Below, in pieces: positions 50,657 through 63,500 of a stretch of DNA of 64,000 nt. Source of the DNA: Azolla caroliniana. Lineage: Eukaryota > Plantae > Polypodiophyta. Each line of letters opens with the position of its first letter. Position 1 is the stretch's first letter. The stretch is taken from positions 14,694,001 to 14,758,000 of the forward strand of contig JBHGNT010000009.1 in the NCBI GenBank assembly GCA_043228905.1. The letters run 5' to 3'. The notes under the pieces were generated by a model. That model saw only the letters and a list, made by a program, of their open reading frames with translations. It was not told where the DNA came from and did not search any database. Made by a program: the position numbers and the translations under genes.

Positions 50657-53600
50657 TGTAAACGATTACTTGCGGAAGCGTTAGAAAACAGAGAAAGCAG
50701 AGAATACACAGAGTACACGGGAGAGATAGAGACAGCTGAATGTAAAAGCTATATTCAAAAACGATAAAAACACTCTGTATATACAACTGTGCTCAGTAAC
50801 ACTATTTATACAAGTCCTCGTGGGACTGACAGAAGTACCGCATACTTCAATGCTCACACGAGCATCTAACACTTACTACGAGACTATAACTGCATAGTAG
50901 TCTAAACTAATACTAGGCTTCCAGTTACCAATTGGATCTGGCTAACCGGCTCCCCAGCTCACTGGCTCTGTTGCTTGCCAGCGCGGTTGCTCACCGGCTT
51001 ACCGATCCGTCTCGCTTGCCGGCTCAGGCTTATCCAGCCGATCCGGCTCCAGTTGAGCTTACCGCTCAACACTCCCCCTCAAGCTCAACTTGAGGTTGGA
51101 TCCTAGTGTCAGCCTCTGTGGCAGTCGGTTCTTCCAACCGACTTCTCTTGTCGTCGTTCTGCCTTGCTCGCGCTCCTCGTCCGGTCCAGTTCTGTTTGCC
51201 GTGACCCCTCTTGTTCTGCGCACCTCGACCTCCTCGGTCGGCTTGTTTGCTCAACAGGCCCAATTCAACTCCCTTGCTACTGTGACTTCGGCGCGTTTCG
51301 GTTCGCCGATCCCTTTGTGTTGGCGTCAACTTTCGCTGCCTTCTCGTCCTCTTGGCCTTGAATTGATCCGGTTCTTCCGAATCTGTCTGTTGAACTGAAT
51401 CGACTGTCTCCGATTCGTTCCAGCTCTTGTCCGAATCGGTTGCTCCCGATTCGTCTTCTGGTTCCAGACCCTTCACCACATCGGACCATGTCTAGGTCTT
51501 GGCCTTCTTACTTCGGTCGGCTCTGTCCTTCTTGACTCTGCCGCCGCTACCGCTTGTTCCGACTTGTTCGGACGTGTCGACTTCCCTTGTCGACTCGACT
51601 CCTTTCTTCTTCTTGACTCTCCCTTCGTCGGTTCTTCCCTCACCGGCGCAATTGGCAGTCTCTTTGCCTTTGCCTGTTCCGGTGTCTTTGCCCGTGTCTT
51701 TGCCCGTGTCTTTGCCCGTTCTCCCCCTCAAGTGTGGCACGTCGAGATGCTGAACACCAAGCATTTCGGTGAAGTGCTGCAACTTGTCCGATCCGAGCAG
51801 TTTGGTGAAGATGTCGGCAACTTGTTGATCCGTGTGAACATACCGAAGTTCGACCTCACCGCTAGGACACGCTCACGCACGAAGTGATAGTGCACTTCTA
51901 TGTGCTTTGTGCGAGCATGGAATACGGGGTTCTTGGCGAGTTGCATGTTGCTTATGTTGTCGCAGTAGACTAGAATCGGGGTCAGTACCTCGATCCGTAG
52001 GTCTTGTAGCAGTCGCCGAAGCCAAATGGCTTCACAGGTGGCAATGGTAGCGCCCCGATACTCAGCCTCAGTGCTCGACAGAGCAATTGTTGGCTGCTTT
52101 TTGCTGCTCCACCCAACAACCGCGCTACCTAGGGAAAACATGTAACCGGAGGTTGATCGGCGATCTGATGCATCGCCGGCCCAATCGGCATCAGTGTAAC
52201 CGACCAGCTCTTCGGGTATACCGCGCTAGTATAATAGGCCTCGGTCCTTCGTGCCGTTTACATATCGTACTATCCGCTCCTCGCACTGAAGGTGCTCCAC
52301 GGTCGGCTTCTGCATTAATTGACTTATCATTCCGATTGGATAGCTGATGTTGGGTCGCGTGATAGTCAAGTAAATAAGGCTTCCGACAATTTGTCGGAAC
52401 CGTTGCTCGTTGCAGGCTGGTCCGGAGTTGGGACGAAGCTTCTGGTTCCGGTCCAAGGGTGTGGAGACAAGTCGACATTCTTTCATGCTGAACTTGTACA
52501 ACATATTCAAGACGTAATGTCGTTGTGAGAGCAATATGCCGTCGGGGGTTCGGATCACCTCGATCCCAAGAAAATAATGAAGGTCCCCCAAGTCCTTCAT
52601 CTCAAATGCGTTTGACAACAGGGACTTGACGCGGTTGATTTCTAGAAGACCCGGTCTGGTGATGACTATCATCAACATACAACAACATACATACCGGATT
52701 GGCTGAGCCTTGCCGGATGAACAACGAAGAGTCGGACTTGGAGGCCGCAAACCCCATCTTACGCAATCGGTGTGTGATATTCACATTCCAAGCATGAGGG
52801 GCTTGCTTCAGGCCATACAACGACTTCTTTAGCTGGCATACCGCCGACTTGTTCATCTCCGATTGAAAACCGGGGGGCCGAGTCATAAAGTCTTCTTCTT
52901 CAAGATCACCCTGAAGAAACACATTCTTCACATCCATATGGTGAAGATGCCACCCCCTTGCTGCGTAACCATTTGATGGGCCACGTGGGTCTGCGCGTAT
53001 CCCTTCGCCAATAACTGGGCCTTGTACCGGTTAACTGAACCGTCGGCATTGTACTTTACCTTGTACACCCACTTGCATCCGATCGGTTTACAATGATGGG
53101 GAGGGTCAACTAGGTCCCATGTCTCGTTGACATCAAGTGCCCACATTTCTTCCTCCATAGCAGCACGCCAATTGGCGTCCTTTGCTGCTTATGCGTAGCT
53201 CTCCGACTCACACACTTCCGCCACCTTAGTCATGTATGCATAGTGATGCGCCATGTACTCATTGTACTCGTACCGTTTGACGGGATCCTTTTGGCGGGTG
53301 GACCGGCGTAACTCACCGTTACCCGATTTGAGGCCCTTCTTGGCCGGTTCGGTCTTCGTTGCTGAAGATCCGCCTTTCTCCTTGCCGGAGTCGGATGCAC
53401 ACCGATCTGACCCATTGTTGCCGGTTTCGAATTCCGGCATCTTCTTCTTCCCCTTCTCTTTGCGCGTGAACCGACTCCTCGGTTCCTGGCGCGGGGAGTG
53501 CACGGCGGAGTCTCCACTACTCACCGGTTCCTCATCGAACTGGTCAGATTGACTCAGTCTCTCGTTCGGCCCACTCAATCGGAATGATTCCGGACTCTCA

Positions 53601-56600
53601 TCCTGAGTCCACGCTTCATTATCCTCTACCTGGGCCGGTTCAGACTCACTAGCCTCATCCACCGGCATCGGGTCGGAATCGGAAGTCGGAGTTGGTAAGG
53701 AATACCATGATGCCGATTCATCGAACTCGACATCTCGACTAACTCTGACCTGCTTTATCCGGGGGTTATAACACTTATAACCCTTTTGCTCTTGAGCATA
53801 GCTGATTAGGATGCATTTTTCCAATTTTGCATCCAGCTTCCTCCGCTTCTCATTCGGTACATGCACATATGCAATGCTGCCGAAGATCTTAAGGTGTCTC
53901 AAATTCGGTTTGCGCTCGAAATACAGCTCGTGAGCTGACAGCTTGTCACCGATCCGATACTGGATGTAGACAGCCGTTTGGACTGCCTCCGCCCAGTAGA
54001 ATTTGGGCATGCTCTTTTCCTCCAGCATTGCCCTTGCCACATCAATAAGCGACCGATTCTTCCTCTCGGCAACACCGTTCTGTTGCGGTGTGTATCTACA
54101 GCTGAACTCTCGCCGAATTCCCTTTTGCTGCAGATAACTGTTGAATTGGCCGAAAAAATTTTCTTTCCCACCATCCGAACGCATGCATTTGATCTTCCTC
54201 TCCGATTCCCGTTCCACCATGCTTTAGAGACTCTGGAAACACTCGAAGGCTTCACTCTTCCGCTCAATGAGGTAGATCCATGTGTGCCGCGTATAGTCGT
54301 CGATGAAGGAGACGAAATATCGACACCGCCAAGACTAACATTCTGTGCCGGTCCCCACACATCCGGATGGATAAGGTCGAGCTCGTTACGGCTCCGGGTA
54401 CGTTCGGTAGGGAATGGAAGCCGGTATTGCTTCCTGAGTTGGCAGGCTTGACATACTTGGGCCTTCCGGCCACTGAACTTCGGCAAACTGAAAACAACTT
54501 GTTTCGTTTGCAGGTCTTGAAGCCTCCGGTAATTGATGTGGCCTATCCGCTTGTGCCACAGGTCGATGTCCGATTCGTCCTTCTGTCCTTTTGCAAACAG
54601 AGCGGTGTTGACGTCATTGGTGTCGAGGATAAACATCCTCCCGTCTCTGCGCCCTTGCGCAATAATCAGGCCCTCTTCCTCGATGAAGCACCCAAGGTGC
54701 GTAAACCGCACCTGCATCCCCTGGTTGACGATCTGTCCGACCGACACTAGGTTTTTTGTAATTGTCGGAACGTGTAATACTTTCATCAGCTTCCCTTTCT
54801 ATCCGACGTGGCTCAAAGGGACTTCTTCGACGTGCACGATGGGGTGAGGAGTGTTGTCTCCGGTTTTGACTACTCCTGGTTGATCCGGTTTCTCCAAAAA
54901 GGAGAACCACTCTTTGTGGCTCGTCATGTGGTTCGACGCACCAGAATCAACATACCACACTTCCTCCGATTTGGAAGTGGTCTTCTTCACCGAGTTCGCC
55001 TCGTGCTTCATCACCAAGGCTGGCCCGTTACTGTTCTTGGATCCTCCCGATCCCTTCTCGTAGTGCAAGCTTTGCCGACCATCCTTGCCGGCCTTGCCGG
55101 ATCCGGATTTGTCCGAATCGGCGCGTTTTCTCTAGCACTCACTTTCTTTGTGGCCCTTTTTGCCACAGTACCAACATTCCGTTGCAGTCTTCTCTTGCCG
55201 TCTTCCGGTGTCGCCATGACTCCCCCTGCTCCCGGAGGGTCCGGAACTACTGTCGGCACGTTCTCTGTGCCTTTGTTCCTGGTCTTGGCGGCCGCCTCCA
55301 TTGCGTGCCGACCCGCCTCGTCCACCACGCCCACGGGTCCGATCCGCTTCCGTGTATAGCATCCGGTGGTGAATGGGTGCGCTAGTTGACGTACCGACGT
55401 GGTTCTCCTCTACAAGGAGCATTGATTGTAAGTCGAAAAATGACGTCGTATTCTCCCTTGTACAAACCGCCGTTCAGAACGCTCTGAACTTAGACGCCAA
55501 GCCCCCAAGACAGACCTGTACCATCTCGTCTTCCTCTACGGTAACGTTGTTAGAGGCAAGGAGTCGCAGATCTCCTTGATCTGGGCCGTGTAATCCACCA
55601 CCGACATGTCCTTCTGTCGGACATTGCTCAACTCCTGTCGGAGTTGCAACTTCCGGGCTGTAGTGGTAGCGGCGAAAGCCTTCTTCAGGTTTCCCCAAGC
55701 CTCCTTCGGCGTCTTGGCGTCTCGAATGTGGCTCAATAGTTGGTCTCCGACACTAGACGCGAAGTAGTACATCACTCTACGTAAAATTCGTGTTTGTCTA
55801 GTATATCATTCGTTTTCCTACATTGGAAAACGAATGCGAATGTTATCCCAACATTCTTGTGTTTTTTTTTGTTTTTTCCCTTTTTTTTAATGTTTTTTTT
55901 GTTTTTTTTTTCATTTTAGGCTTATCTACCTCATAATAAATAGTTAATCCAAAAGAATGGTATTTATCATTCTTTGAGGGTATTTTTCTTTCGCGAATGC
56001 GAATGCATGTATGGTACGTATGGTTCATACTATGGTTCCCACACTGGGAAATCCTTATGTGTCGCATTAGGTGTTGTTTCGTTGGCTCCTTCGACGAAAC
56101 TCCAGTAGCCATGCCCAAGCAGGTACTGGTGCATCTTGTACGACCAAGATGCGTAGTTGGATCTGTCGAGTTTCTCCACAGGAAGCGAGCTAGCCATTCC
56201 TCTATCCATCACTTCTCTGTTTGCTGTTCTTACGACCTGTTAGGGTTTGCTTTCAAGCGTTTGTTGGCTGCAGAGGTTCTCAACCCTCACGTTCTGCTAC
56301 CATGTAAACGATTACTTGCGGAAGCGTTAGAAAACAGAGAAAGTAGAGAATACACATAGTACATGGGAGAGGTAGAGAGAGCAGAACGTAAAAGCTATAT
56401 TAAAAAACGATAAAAACACTATGTATATACAACTGTGCTCAGTAGCACTATTTATACAAGTCCTCGTGGGACTAACAGAAGTACTGCGTACTTCAATGCT
56501 CACACGAGCATCTAACACTTACTATGAGACTATAACTGCTTAGTAGTCTAAACTAATACTAGCCTTCCGGTTACCGATTGGATCCGGCTAACCGGCTCCC

Positions 56601-56717
56601 CAGCTCACCGGCTCTGTTGCTTGCCGGCTCGGTTGCTCACCGGCTTACCGATCCGTCTCGCTTGCCGGCTCAGGCTTATCCAGCCGATCCGGCTCCAGTT
56701 GAGCTTGCCGCTCAACA
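50657..56717 (-). mobile_element. Copia G: full-length degenerate element with both LTRs and TSD
   Basis: 415-bp LTRs at 50657-51071 and 56303-56717 (roughly 20-25 substitutions by eye); TSD CGGAG (50652-50656 and 56718-56722); PBS TGGTAGCAGAAC at 56291-56302; PPT at 51072-51080. Confidence 0.95.
51728..56197 (-). pseudogene. Copia G gag-pol (frameshifted)
   Basis: gag EKLDRSNYASW, CWYCGKKGHKESEC; protease WYVDSGASNHM; LWHKRIGH; integrase RSDGG, TPQQNGVAERKNR; RT and RNase H motifs. Confidence 0.9.
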
Positions 56718-58489
56718 CGGAGCCCCTACACTAACTCCCAAATATATTCCTTGCGGAATATCTTTCCGATGGCCTCCCGGTTTCTGCATCGATCCGGCCT
56801 TCGTACGCACTGGTCTACGTACTAGTACCGATCTGGCCTAACCAATCTCGTCCCAACCGATCCGGTCCTCGGCTTGCTCAGCTGATCTGGCTGATGTTGA
56901 GCTTGTCTCTCAACACTCCCCCTCAAGCTCAACTTGAGGCTCTTCGGGATCTCCCGGATCACCGCTCCGGTTCCTCCTGGCTCCACGCCTCGCTCGCGCT
57001 CCTTGGCCTGTTCGACTCCGCGCGCGTCGACCCTTCCGGTCGGCTTGTCTGCTTCCACGACCCTTCACATCTCCCTTGCTGTCGCGGTGTTGGCGCTTCT
57101 CCTGGTGCCTTCTTTTCCGCTTGGCCCTCGGTTGATTTAGTGTATCTGAATCAAACATCCGAACTGACTTGGCTACCTCCGATTGGTTTTCGCTCTCGTC
57201 CGAGTTGGCTATCTCCAACTCGTCTTCGGTCTTCTCGCCCTTGATGGCGTCATTTCCTCCATCCTTGGTTGGCTTCGGCTCTTTCTTTTGACTGCTCCCC
57301 TTATGTTCGCTTTTGGACTCATCCACGGATCCGCCCTCTGCTTCTTTAGCCAATCCGAAGTCGAATTCGTCATTCGACCCGACATCACGGTCTTTTCCGT
57401 TCCTTTCCTGCTCCCTTCCGTGGTCATCCGGGACATCTCTCCCCCTCAAGTTCGGTGCGTTGGGGTGACGCAACCCAAGCGCACCCGAGAATTGCCGCAA
57501 CTTGTCCAGACCAAGAGGTTTGGTGAAAATATCGGCGTGTTGCCGATCCGTCGGAACATACTGAAGTTCGACTTCACCAGAAAGGACACGCTGACGGACA
57601 AAATGGTAGTGCACCTCAATGTGCTTGGTCTATGCGTGGAAAATAGGGTTCTTCGCGAGCTGGATGCTGCTAAGGTTGTCGCAGTAGATCGGCGTTGGAT
57701 CGGACACCTCCTCTTGCAGGTCCCTAAGTAGCCGCTTCAACCATATGGCTTCGTAAGTCGCGACAACCGCTCCTCTATACTCGGCTTCGGTGCTCGACAG
57801 TGCAATTGTCGGCTGCTTCTTACTGCTCCACGCGATCACGGCACTACCAAGAGAGAACGTGAAACCGGACGTGGATCGGCGATCGACGACGTTGCCGGCC
57901 CAATCGGCATCGGTGTAGCCGACCAACTGCAGGGCTGTATCAGACCGATATAGTAGCCCCTGGTCCTTAGTGCCACTGACATACCAGAGTACGCGTTGTA
58001 CGCACTAAAGGTGTTCCTCGGTCGGTCACGCCATGAACTGACTAATCACCACGACTCGGTAGCCGAGATCTGGTCGGGTGATGGTCAAGTAAAGGGACTT
58101 CTTCAATCGACACATTGCCGACGTGTTCGTTTTGGAGTGAAATCCGGGGGGTTGTACCATGTACACCTGTTCCTCAAGCTCACCTTGCAGGAACGCATTC
58201 TTTACATCCATCTGATGTAAGTGCCACCCCTTTGCCACAACTACTGTGAGAAAAACACGAACGATCGTCATCTTCGCGACCGGCGCAAAAGTCTCATCGT
58301 AGTCGATGTCGTGTTTTTGCGTGTAGCCTTTTGCCACTAACTAGGCCTTGTATCGGTTGACCGAGCCGTCGGTGTTGTACTTGACTTTGTACACCCACCT
58401 ACATCCGATCGGCTTCACACCCTTCGGTGCGTCAACCAGTTCCCAGGTCTCGTTTTCCGCCAATGTGTGCATCTCTTCCTCCATCACGG

Positions 58490-58626
58490 TGTCGGGGTAG
58501 TTGTGGTTCGTGCGGCGAAGTCGCGGGGACTAAGGTTAAGGGGAGTTGAAGGAACTTAAATTTTAATAAGGCTTGTATGGTGATGATAGAATGATTAAGG
58601 ATAGTAAGAAGAAGATTTACGAGTAA

Positions 58627-58681
<55 letters not shown>

Positions 58682-58776
58682 CATAGATAAAAGATAGAGA
58701 CAATGTATGAATCAAGAAAGAAGATTGAGACAAAGTATGATTCTAGAAGAAGATTGAGACAAAGTATGTTTCAAGA
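58490..58776. repeat. LTR-like fragment inserted into Copia H RT and itself interrupted by D; contains (GT)n(GA)n
   Basis: Begins with TG exactly where the H RT homology stops; unrelated to the D LTR. Confidence 0.5.
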
Positions 58777-59247
58777 TGTTGTTCTCTGACCGGACAAGGC
58801 CTAACACAAGGTGTCGCGGAGACACTTCACCAAAGGGTGATTACGGCATAGGATTATGACTCAACGATTACACCGACTTACGTAGGTTACACGATTAGAG
58901 CGCTTTTGTTAATTACACGCGTAAGATATAACAGTAATTACAGAACGGAAATCAACATAGAAGTATAAACACCATACGCTCTATTAATCATCCGCTGCGA
59001 TTACAATGGGGTCCGGGCCTTTAAATAGGTTTCCGGCCCGTAGTACAAAACGGTGCCTATCGCACCTATTCGGGATCCGTCCGGATCTGGAACGGCATAC
59101 CGTTTCCAGTCCGTCCGTCCATACTATGCTTATTTACAACCATACTTAATTAATTCCTTCACTCCGTATTTTGGACTCCTTGCCGGCCGGTAACACATGG
59201 CACGCCCGTGGGACAGTACCTTGTACGTCGAACCCTTCTCGGCCCCT

Positions 59248-60370
59248 TCATTGTTCACCCAAATTGTCCAAAATACTTTGTTCCAGAGTTTCCAATTGTT
59301 CTTCCGGTTGTGGTTGTTGCGGCTGTGCTTGCTGCTGCTGCTGTGGTTGCGGTTGGGACTGAGACTGCTCCGGCTGCTCTATAGGCGGCTGCTTCGTTTG
59401 TTTCTCTGACTCCGGCATCCCCGTTTGACTGCTTCCGGTCCGGTCTCCTTCCAGTAACGGCTCCTCATCACTGAGGTTGACCGTTACTGGTTCTCGTGCT
59501 TTCTCTTCCCGGATCCGGGACCTCTCGTAGCTTTCAAACTGGATCTGCGCCTCCAGCCTGTCGTCGTCCAGCTGAGCTACAAGTTGCCGGATTTGCCCTA
59601 GTTGGTCCTCTGCCAAGGCTTGAAAGTCTTCGGCCAGGTCATCTCTTATGCCGGTGAAGTCTTCGGAAGTCAGGATATAGCAATCATCTCCCTCCTTCCG
59701 CCGGTTCTCTACGTCGGCCCGGAGCAATTGGAGTTCCGCCGCGTTCGGGGCCCACTTGGTCCACCATTTGACGGAACCGTTGTCAATCAAGCTCTTGGTC
59801 TGGTTCAACCAGGCCCGCATGATATCCTGGATGCGACTTGCTCCCATTTGCGCTCTACTTTCCACAACTTGTCGTTCCTCCTTCAACTGCTTGATGAGAT
59901 TAGCCGTATCCTCCGCCTGCTCTCTGTAGCGCGTCAGCTGCCCTTGATATGTTGTCTACAGCCTCTGCAGTACCTCCGCCGCTCTTTCTTTTTCCGCCTG
60001 CTGTTGCCTGAGGAGCTCTGTCCGAACCTTCTCCGCCTCTTCCAACCGTCTTTTGGTTTCCGCTTGTTCATTAGCGTATGCCGTTGCGGTCCGATCAACT
60101 GCTTGCCGGAGCTCATCCGTCCGTTCCTTGTGCTCCGTTTGCAACCGTTTATACTCCCGGTGCAAGTGCTCAAATTCCTTCGTTTTTTGTTTGAGCTTGC
60201 CGTTGATCTGGCGATGGTTCCGGTCCTCCCGGTCCTTTAGCTGCCGGAGTTCCTCTTTCAGGCGCTCTACCTCTGTTTCGGCGTTTCTCCGGAGCCTGTC
60301 CTTCTCTTGCAGCATTTTCTCCTTCTCCTCCTTGAGCCGGTCGTACGCTTGGTGGCCTTTTTCGAGCATG
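59248..60370 (-). pseudogene. C-terminal part of the extra coiled-coil ORF in D
   Basis: KGHQAYDRLKEEKEK..., LQLLRADVENRRKEGDDCY, ends QSILDNLGEQ*; N-terminal part of about 1.7 kb deleted relative to A. Confidence 0.8.
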
Positions 60371-60533
60371 CGCACGTCGTGTACCAATTTAGTATTAAGT
60401 AACGTGGCGGCTCTTAAATGCCCACTACGTACCTTTTCGCTTCTTGCTTTCACGTCCGTTCATACCTCGATTTTTAATGATTTCTTTTTCTTTTTCTTTT
60501 TCTTTTTTTTCTTTTTAATGACGGTATGTGATC

Positions 60534-63500
60534 TTACACATCCGTAGGTCCCTTCGGACCCTTACCGTTTTCCTTACGGGTTGCTGTGTCTTCCTTCGCC
60601 TCTGCTACGGGTTCCCCGTCGTCTTTTTCTTCCATCCGTACCGTTCCCGGACAGGTTCCCGGTATAGTGCCGGTGGGCTGCATAAACGGGTTACTTGGCA
60701 TCGGTCCTTTATAGGGCTTTAGTCTAAATCCGTTGACCCACTTGCCTAGCACTTCACCGGCAAGTGTCCCTAACTGATAGGACCCATTGTATTCCCGTGT
60801 CAGCCAATACGGGCCTGTCCATCTAAACCGGAGTTTACCTAGCATCTTGCCCATCCTCGTTTGGAATACTAGCACCGGCTTTCCGATTTCGAACATCTTC
60901 TCATTACCTTTCCGGTGACGGTCAACGAACGCTTTCCGTCGTCGTTGCTCCAGTTCCATGTGTAGGATGCTGGCCAGCCGTTGCTCCTCCAGTTCGCATA
61001 GTGCTGCTAGCCGCATTTCCTCCGACTCCTTTTCATTCAGCCGTTCCCGTAGTTGGATCCGTAAGCTTGGTACCTGAAATTCCACCGGCATGACCGCCTC
61101 TAAGCCGAACGCTAACCGGAACGGCGTTGTCCGGATACTTGTTTTGTATGCCGTTCGGTACGCCCATAGCGCGCTATGGAGCTTTGTATCCCAGTCCGTC
61201 CGGTTTCCATTGACGATTTTGCGGAGAATGTTCTGGAGCGTTTTGTTGGTTGACTCTGCTAACCCGTTTGCTTGTGGGTAGTACGGTGTGCTCCGTTTAT
61301 GGACCACGGCATAGAACGTTGTTAAGCTTTCAACTACCTGGCCGAGGAAGTGCCCTCCTTGGTCGCTGATTAATTCAATCGGACATCCATATCGGCACCA
61401 AATGTTCTCGTACAGGAATTTTGCTGTGGATGACGCGGTGTTGTCTCTCAAGGCCTTAGCCTCCACCCATTTAGTGCAATAGTCTGTTGCCACGATGACA
61501 TAACGATTACCCGTTCTCATTGCCGGTGGCTTGAACGGTCTGACAAAATCCAACCCCCACTTCTGGAATGGCTCTAGTGGAAGTACCGGTTGGTGTGGCA
61601 TCCGTGCTTGCTCCGTAGGCTGGCCCATTCGTTGGCATAGGTCACATTCCTTAGCATACTTGACGGCGTCTTTTAACGTCGTGGGCCACCATAAGCCGCT
61701 CTGCCATACTTTCCTTGCCGTCACTTCCCCGGCATAGTGTCCTCCGGCAACCCCACAGTGTGCTTCCCGTAAGATTACTTGTTTCTCGTCACTACGGACT
61801 GCCCGTCTCCATATTCCATCTGCTCCCTTGTGGTAGAGAGTGTCCCGTAACAGACAGAAATTGCGGCTCTGCACCGCCAGTCGTTTCCTCTCGTCCCGGT
61901 TCATTTCCTCCGGTGGCAGGCCCGTGCTTAGGAACTAGTGCATGTTTGTCAGCCACCTATCTTCTGATGCCACCGTGTCGTCCGCTGCCGTTTCCGGGGT
62001 GATACGGAATAACTCTGCGTCCGGGAATTCATCCGATACTCCGTCGCCTGATTCTCCGGACTCTAACCGGCTCAGGTAGTCTGCTACGGCATGCTGGATA
62101 CCGGGCCGGTGGAAGATCTCGAATTCGAACTCCTGCAACAGCAAGGTCCAACGGGCCAACTTACCGGTCAGGGACGCCTTGGACACTAAGTACAGGAGCG
62201 CCGAGTGATCCACATGAAAGGAGAACTTCCTTCCCAATAGGTAATGACGAAACTTTGTTACACTGTAGATCATGCCAAGGGCCTCCCGTTCCGTCGTCGA
62301 ATAGTTCTTCTCCGCTTGGGACAGCTTCCGGCTGGCGTAATATACCGGCCGGTACCATTTGGGCTCCGTAAGTTGCATTAAGGCGCTGCCGATAGCGATG
62401 TCGGAAGCGTCAACGAACACATGAAATTCCTTGCTCCAATCCGGAGGCTGCACGACGGGTGCTTGCGACAAAAGTACCTTCAGGGCATTGTATGCCTTAT
62501 CCTCCGTATCCGTCCATTGGAACGGTGTCCGATGTACCGCGGTGTGTAATGGTGTAGCCAAGTCAGCCAAGTGACGGAGCATCCGGCTGTGCCACCGGAT
62601 CTGTCCTAAGAATCGGCTTAGTGCTTTGGCCGTTTTCGGCGCCGGTGCCCCTAGTATCGCGTTTACTTTGTCCGGGTCGACCGCAATGCCCTCCTTACTT
62701 ACAATGTGTCCCAGTAAGATTCCACTTGAAATCCCAAAGATGCATTTTGCTGGGTTTAAGCTTAGCCGGTATAACCTACACTTTTCAAGGCATAACCGTA
62801 GGTGCTGCAAATGGTCTTTTTCCCGGCTATAGACTGCAAAGTCATCCAGGAAAACTTGCATGAAGGCTGGAATGTATTCGCCGAAGATCTCCATGATGAT
62901 TCGCTGGAAAGTTGCTGGTGCCGTTTTTAGTCCGAACATCATTACTACGGCCACAAACACCCCCCATTCGGTGACGAACGCTGTCTTCTCCTGGTCGTCA
63001 GGGTGCATCCGGATTTGATTGTATCCGCTGAACCCGTCTAAAAAGCTATAAACTTCATGGCCAGCGATGGCATCCAGTACTCCATCCGTGAACGGAAGAG
63101 GGAATGCATCCGTAATTGTGGCTGCATTTAGTTTCCTGTAATCTACACACACACGGATTTTACCGTTCTTCTTTGGGACGACGACGATGGGGCTCAGCCA
63201 CGTCGCTTTCTTTACCGGCCGGATGAAGCCCACTCTTAGGAGTTTGTCGATTTCCTCCTTCACTTTGGCGGCGTAGTTGGGGTTCATTCGGTAATGTCTT
63301 TGCGCCACTGGTTTCGCGTCCTTGCCTAAGTGGATCTGATGCTGATATAATTGAGGGTCCAGCCCTCGCATGTCTTCGTATGACCAGGCGAATACGTCGC
63401 GAAACTCCGTGAGAAGTTTGATCATCGCCGCTTTATCTTCCGGCTTCATTTCTTTGGCGATGTGTACCGGCTTTGATTCGTCCTTGCTTCCTAGGTTCAC

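Larger units (their letters stand above)
50420..58489 (-). mobile_element. Copia H 3' part (RT, RNase H, PPT, 3' LTR split by G into 50420-50656 and 56723-56915)
   Basis: [32 protein letters not shown]; PPT reverse complement CTCCCCCTC at 56916; the LTR resembles the G LTR. Confidence 0.85.

Noticed and set aside
55780-56035. Intron in Copia gag
   Set aside because: GT...AG can be found, but the sense strand is A-rich rather than U-rich and splicing would not restore the missing codons.
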